A DNA stretch of 64,000 bases from an uncultured delta proteobacterium (GTDB taxonomy: Bacteria; Myxococcota_A; Polyangia; Polyangiales; B10-G4), in contig CAVSGI010000012.1 in assembly GCA_963727445.1 (NCBI GenBank), positions 256,001 through 320,000 of the forward strand, written 5' to 3'. The position numbers were made by a program, and so were the translations under genes. The notes under the pieces were generated by a model that did not search any database, was not told the origin of the DNA, and worked only from the letters and a program-made list of their open reading frames with translations. Positions 59,700 through 64,000 of the stretch are shown piece after piece; the stretch's first letter is position 1; every line of letters starts with the position of its first letter.

Positions 59700-60611
59700 G
59701 TGACCCGCATCGCCTCCGTCTTCACGTTCGGCGTGCTTCTGCTGGCTCTTTCGAGCTGTGGCGGCGGCTCGGCCGGGACCGGACCTACGGGGGCAGTTGC
59801 TGGGAGCCCAGGCTCTCCACCGACGGCGCCGAGCGCGCAGCCGTCCACCCACCTGCGCCTGGCCACCTTCAATCTCGAGATCTTCGGTCCCGCCAAAGCG
59901 GGGCGGCCCGAGTGGTTGTCGAGGGTCGCCGCGATCGTTCGTCGCTACGACCTCGTCGCAGTGCAGGAGGTTCGCGACGTCTCGGGCCAGGCACCCGCCC
60001 GGCTCCTCGAGGTCATCAACGAGACCGAAGGTCCGGCCTACGGCATCTCGCTCTCGCCGCGCACGGGCCGGGAGCCTGACGACCGACACTCGCAGGAGCA
60101 GTACGCCTACTTCTTCCGAACGGATGTCGTGGAGGTGGTCGGTGAATCGACGCTCTTCGACGACTCGGCACACGACTACTTTCAACGCGAGCCTTACTTG
60201 AGCCGCTTCCATCTCGTCGGTTCGGACGCGTCTTTCGTCCTGATGAACATCCACACCCGCCCGCGCGCAGCCGTGAGCGAGATCGCCGCGATGGAGCATG
60301 TCTTTCGATGGGCGAAGGAGCACTTTCCGGACGAGGAGGTCTTCATCGCGCTCGGCGACTTCAACGCCGGGTGCGGCTACGCTTCAGAGGACGATCTAGA
60401 CGCCCTTCCCATCCACGGCGAGGCCTACGACTGGGTGGTGCCGCATTCGGCCGACACCAACGTCGCCGACAGCGCCTGCCCCTACGACCGAATCGTGGTG
60501 TCGGCGCCGAGCGGGGACCTGTTGGTCGAGGAATGGGGCGTCGACCGCGCCTTCGACGAGGCCGAGCGCCTCTCCGACCACTACCCGGTCTGGGTCACCC
60601 TCGTCTTTTAG
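59700..60611 (+). CDS. DNase I-like (EEP family) nuclease lipoprotein
   Basis: TFNL..FG, RRYD...QEVRD, E.Y...FR, F.REP, H..P..AV.EI, GDFNAGCGY, CPYDRIVV, SDHYPV. Confidence 0.9.
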   Translation: MTRIASVFTFGVLLLALSSCGGGSAGTGPTGAVAGSPGSPPTAPSAQPSTHLRLATFNLEIFGPAKAGRPEWLSRVAAIVRRYDLVAVQEVRDVSGQAPARLLEVINETEGPAYGISLSPRTGREPDDRHSQEQYAYFFRTDVVEVVGESTLFDDSAHDYFQREPYLSRFHLVGSDASFVLMNIHTRPRAAVSEIAAMEHVFRWAKEHFPDEEVFIALGDFNAGCGYASEDDLDALPIHGEAYDWVVPHSADTNVADSACPYDRIVVSAPSGDLLVEEWGVDRAFDEAERLSDHYPVWVTLVF

Positions 60612-62642
60612 AGCTCGAGCGTGCCGGGGTCGCTGTCGTCGGGGATGGGGACCGCCATGCCATCGACGTTGCGCTGGTTGTCGACGAGCTCGACGGAGGT
60701 GAGGTCGTCGACGGCGGATCCGGTGTCGCCCGAAGAGTAGATGCCGACCGGGTTGCCGGCGATCTCGCCGTTGGAGAGCGGGGCGCGGCTGTCGCCGATG
60801 AGCGCCAGGCCGGCGAGGGCGTTGTTCGCGAGAAGGAAGCCTCGCATCGTGGCGGTGCCGCCGGCGATCACGAACAGGCCGATGCCCCCGGTCTTGCCCA
60901 TGCAGTCGCTCCTGCACGGCTGCAGGACGGTGCGCTCGATGCGGACCTCGTCGAGGTCCACCGAACCCTCGTCCACGTACATCCCGAGCTCCGTGTTGTC
61001 GGCGAGGTGGACGCGACCCCCGGTCATCGAGGCGCCTGCGCCGCTCACCACCACGCCGCGCCCATACCACCCGGACGCCGCCTGCGGCTGCGTCCCGTGG
61101 ATCGCCAGATCGTGCACCTCACTCGTGCTCCCGCTCACGAAGTAGCCGATATCGACGTTGTCATGCATCTCGACCCGGGTGAGGTCGAGTCGCCCGCCGA
61201 GGAACACCTCCGCGCCTCGCCCGGCGCGGTCGAGGGTGTTTTCGCGGGTGTTGGTGATCAGCGTGTCGGTCGCCGACGCCGTGGTCCCCTCCGAGGCGAC
61301 GACGAGCCCGATGGCTTCGTTGTCGTCGAGGATCGCGCGCTCGATGCTGGCGGTGATCCCCCACTGAAACTGCACGCCGCGCCCACCCGCGCCGTCCAGA
61401 CGGCGGCTGTGGGTGCGCCGGACGACGAGGTCGGAGAGCTCCATCGAGCTCCCCTCGGTGGATCCGTAGATGCCCAGCTCCCTGCAATCGTCGATGGTCA
61501 GCCTGCTCGCGACCACGCTGCCCGCCTGCTCGAGATGGAGCCCGCGCCCGAAGGCGCCCCCGCCGTTCTCTCGCACCCCCCGGATGAGCACGTCAGTCGC
61601 GGAGAGGGAGCCGTCCCCGACGAAGATGCCCGAGTCGTGGGTGCGCGCGATGACGACGCGCGAAATCGTCATCCGACCGCCACCGCTGACCTCGATGCCG
61701 CGACCGAGATCGGCAGAGCCGTCGGGCGTGACGTCGCGGATGGCGACGTCGTTCAGCTCGGCCGTCCCTTCCTCGATCACCTGGACCGCGATGTCGTGGA
61801 CGCGCTCGAAGACCGCCCGCGTGATCTCGGCGTGGCCGGCCGCCTGGACCTGCACGGCGCGCCCGAACATGTCGTCGCGCGGCGCCGAATCACGCACCAC
61901 GAAACCGTCGGCGATGAAGGTGCCGTCGAGCACGAAGGCGCCCGCGAGCCCGGAGCCAGTGACGATCACGTCGTGTACTTCGAGGGTGGCGCCTTCCTCG
62001 ACACGGAAGCCCGGTTGATCACCGACGATGGTCGCGTTTCGCACCGTCACGTGGGCGCCTCCATGCGCGGTGACCGTGCCGGTGGACTCGTCGGTGAAGC
62101 CGGCGACGATCTCGGTCTCGGCAGCGCAGGCGCCCCAGAAGACGGTGTCCTCGGGGAAGGTGCCTCCGAAGGAGTGCCGCCCCTTGCCGAGGGCGAAGAT
62201 CTCTCCGCCCGAGGCCGCGCGAAACACCTCGTCGAGGTTGGCGAAGGGGCGCTCGCGCGATCCGTCGCGGCCGACGGGCGGCGCAGAGGTGGAGACGAAG
62301 AGCACGGTCGCGTCGGCCGGGAGGTCCTCGGGCAGGTCACCCGCTGGACAGGGCGGGCCCACGACCTCGCACGCCGCACCCCCAACGAAGCGGGCGCTGC
62401 CGGCGGGGCAGCTGGTGTCATCGTCCTCGCCCCACGGCTCACAGAAGGTCGCGCCGCTCGGGAGCGCCGCCTCGGACCAGCCCATCGGGCAGGGCATCAT
62501 AGGCGCCGTGGGCGGGGTCACGAAGGCGTCCGTGCCTGCGTCGGGCCCGACGCCGGAGTCGGTCGTCATCCGCATGTCGTCCGAGCACGCTGCGAAGAGC
62601 AACGCGGCCATGGACGCGATGAAGGACGTTCCGTCGCGACAT
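60608..62642 (-). CDS. Beta-solenoid lipoprotein, paralog 4, 6 repeat units; probable +1 frameshift in the signal peptide
   Basis: Open from 62611. Deleting one base at 62629-62630 gives MSRRTSFIASMAALLFAAC from ATG 62642. CPMGW, DGS.ERPF cap, GAC, AVPIP tail. Confidence 0.8.
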
Positions 62643-62665
62643 GCGACCAGCCTAGCAGGTCCTCC

Positions 62666-64000
62666 TCAGGGAGCGTGGCCCTGCCTGAGCCAGCCGCCGC
62701 GACCGGTTCCCCAGACGATGCAGTTGTCACTGGCACCCGGCAGATCCCAGATCTGCACGCCCCCATCGCCACCGCCGAGCGTGTCCTTGAGGGAGATGAC
62801 GAGCTCGGGCACGCCGTCCCCATCGACGTCGGCGATGGTGGGCGCGGCCATCGAGCCGCGTCCGAAGAGCTCGACCTTCTGGAGCTCGACGCCATTGGCG
62901 TTGAGGATGATCAGGTGCGCCGGAGTCTCGGGCTCGCGGGGTGCGCCGGAGGAGAACGTGGTGAAAACCACCTCCGGCACGCCGTCGCCGTTGAGATCGG
63001 CGACCAACGGCTCGCTGCCGCCGACGTAGGGTGACGGTCCGGTGCCGAAGGTGTAGGACCAGAGCTGGGTGCCGTCTGCGGCGAAGGCGTAGAGGTTGCC
63101 GTCGTACGCGGGCGCGATGATCTCGGGTCCCGGTTGAACGCTGAGCTCCGCCACCGCCACGGACGGGTGCGTCGGCACGATGTTCTGGCCGAGGCTCGAC
63201 CCGTCGTGGAGCGGGCCGCCGGTGTCCTTCGGAGCCACCCATCCCGCGGGACGCGACGCGTCGTGGTTCAGCGCCCAGAAGGTCACTCCCTGGTTCATGG
63301 TGCTCTCGCTCGACTCGTGATCGCCCACGAGGATCACCTCGGGGTCGCCATCCCCGTCGAGGTCGCCCATCGACGGCGGGCTGTAGGTGAACTCCGACCG
63401 ATCGCCCGAGCCCCATCCCTGATGGGCCAGGTCGATGTCGTGGTAGGCCTCCACCGCGGTGACGACACGGTCCGTGAATTCGGGGGCGGTGGGGAAGGGC
63501 GCCCCGTCCCGATCGAAGATACCGAAGCCGATCGCGTCGTAGGTCGAGATCACGTCGAGGTAGCCGTCACCGTCGAAGTCGGCGAGACCGATGTTCTGGT
63601 TGTAGCCGCCGAAGTCCCAGCACGGCTCGGCGGGCGCGGGCGGGTCGCAGGTGTCGTTGTTCACCTCCGGCCATCCTGGGCGCATCGATCCGTCGAGCGC
63701 GTAGACCGCGGTCGCCGGGCCGCTGTTGGTCTTGTTCACCACGATCTCGAAGGAGCCGTCGCCGTCGAGGTCACCCGCGGTGATCGAGCGGACCTCGGAG
63801 TCGCCGAAGGTGACCGGCCATCCCGGCAGGAGCTCGCCCTGATGATCGTAGACCGCCACGTTGGGCCCGCCGCCGTCGGCGTCGGAGCCGACCGCGATCT
63901 CCATGTCGCCGTCGCCGTCGAAGTCGCCGACAACCGGCGAGGCCCACATCCGCGTGCTGCCGTGGTCATTGGGGTCCGAGGCGCTGTGGCTCCACGCCGC
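62666..64000 (-). CDS. FG-GAP/VCBS-repeat protein, 5' end outside the window
   Basis: Repeated SP..(G/A)D.DGDG..E motifs and PGWP. Confidence 0.85.
   Translation of the reverse strand, partial: AAWSHSASDPNDHGSTRMWASPVVGDFDGDGDMEIAVGSDADGGGPNVAVYDHQGELLPGWPVTFGDSEVRSITAGDLDGDGSFEIVVNKTNSGPATAVYALDGSMRPGWPEVNNDTCDPPAPAEPCWDFGGYNQNIGLADFDGDGYLDVISTYDAIGFGIFDRDGAPFPTAPEFTDRVVTAVEAYHDIDLAHQGWGSGDRSEFTYSPPSMGDLDGDGDPEVILVGDHESSESTMNQGVTFWALNHDASRPAGWVAPKDTGGPLHDGSSLGQNIVPTHPSVAVAELSVQPGPEIIAPAYDGNLYAFAADGTQLWSYTFGTGPSPYVGGSEPLVADLNGDGVPEVVFTTFSSGAPREPETPAHLIILNANGVELQKVELFGRGSMAAPTIADVDGDGVPELVISLKDTLGGGDGGVQIWDLPGASDNCIVWGTGRGGWLRQGHAP

Noticed and set aside
1..64000. Mobile elements, prophage, defence systems, RiPP/NRPS/PKS clusters, tRNA or rRNA
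   Set aside because: I recognised no diagnostic genes or structures by eye.

Overview
A gene-dense, very GC-rich 64 kb window. Gene content (MYXO-CTERM-like tail, DUF1592/DUF1552 pair, many Cys-rich lipoproteins) points to Myxococcota, probably Polyangiales/Sandaracinaceae-like. This is an inference, not a database result. About 50 CDSs are supported, of which about 20 are predicted lipoproteins. I saw no rRNA, tRNA, CRISPR array, transposase or integrase. The first ~135 nt look like structured RNA, possibly the 3' end of 6S RNA. Main observations: (1) four dispersed paralogous beta-solenoid lipoproteins with conserved caps and 4, 6, ~10 and 6 repeat units; (2) a tandem pair of lipoproteins joining CX4CH cytochrome-c-like domains to 8-9 Cys-rich repeats; (3) an Arn-like amino-sugar cluster with an aminotransferase-methyltransferase fusion, a GT2, a dehydratase and a GT-C-like membrane protein; (4) a lipoprotein closely matching animal DNase I; (5) near-absence of lysine in exported proteins; (6) several single-base frameshifts at or next to GATC and one in-frame amber stop, probably sequencing artefacts. 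All family calls come from motifs recognised by eye.
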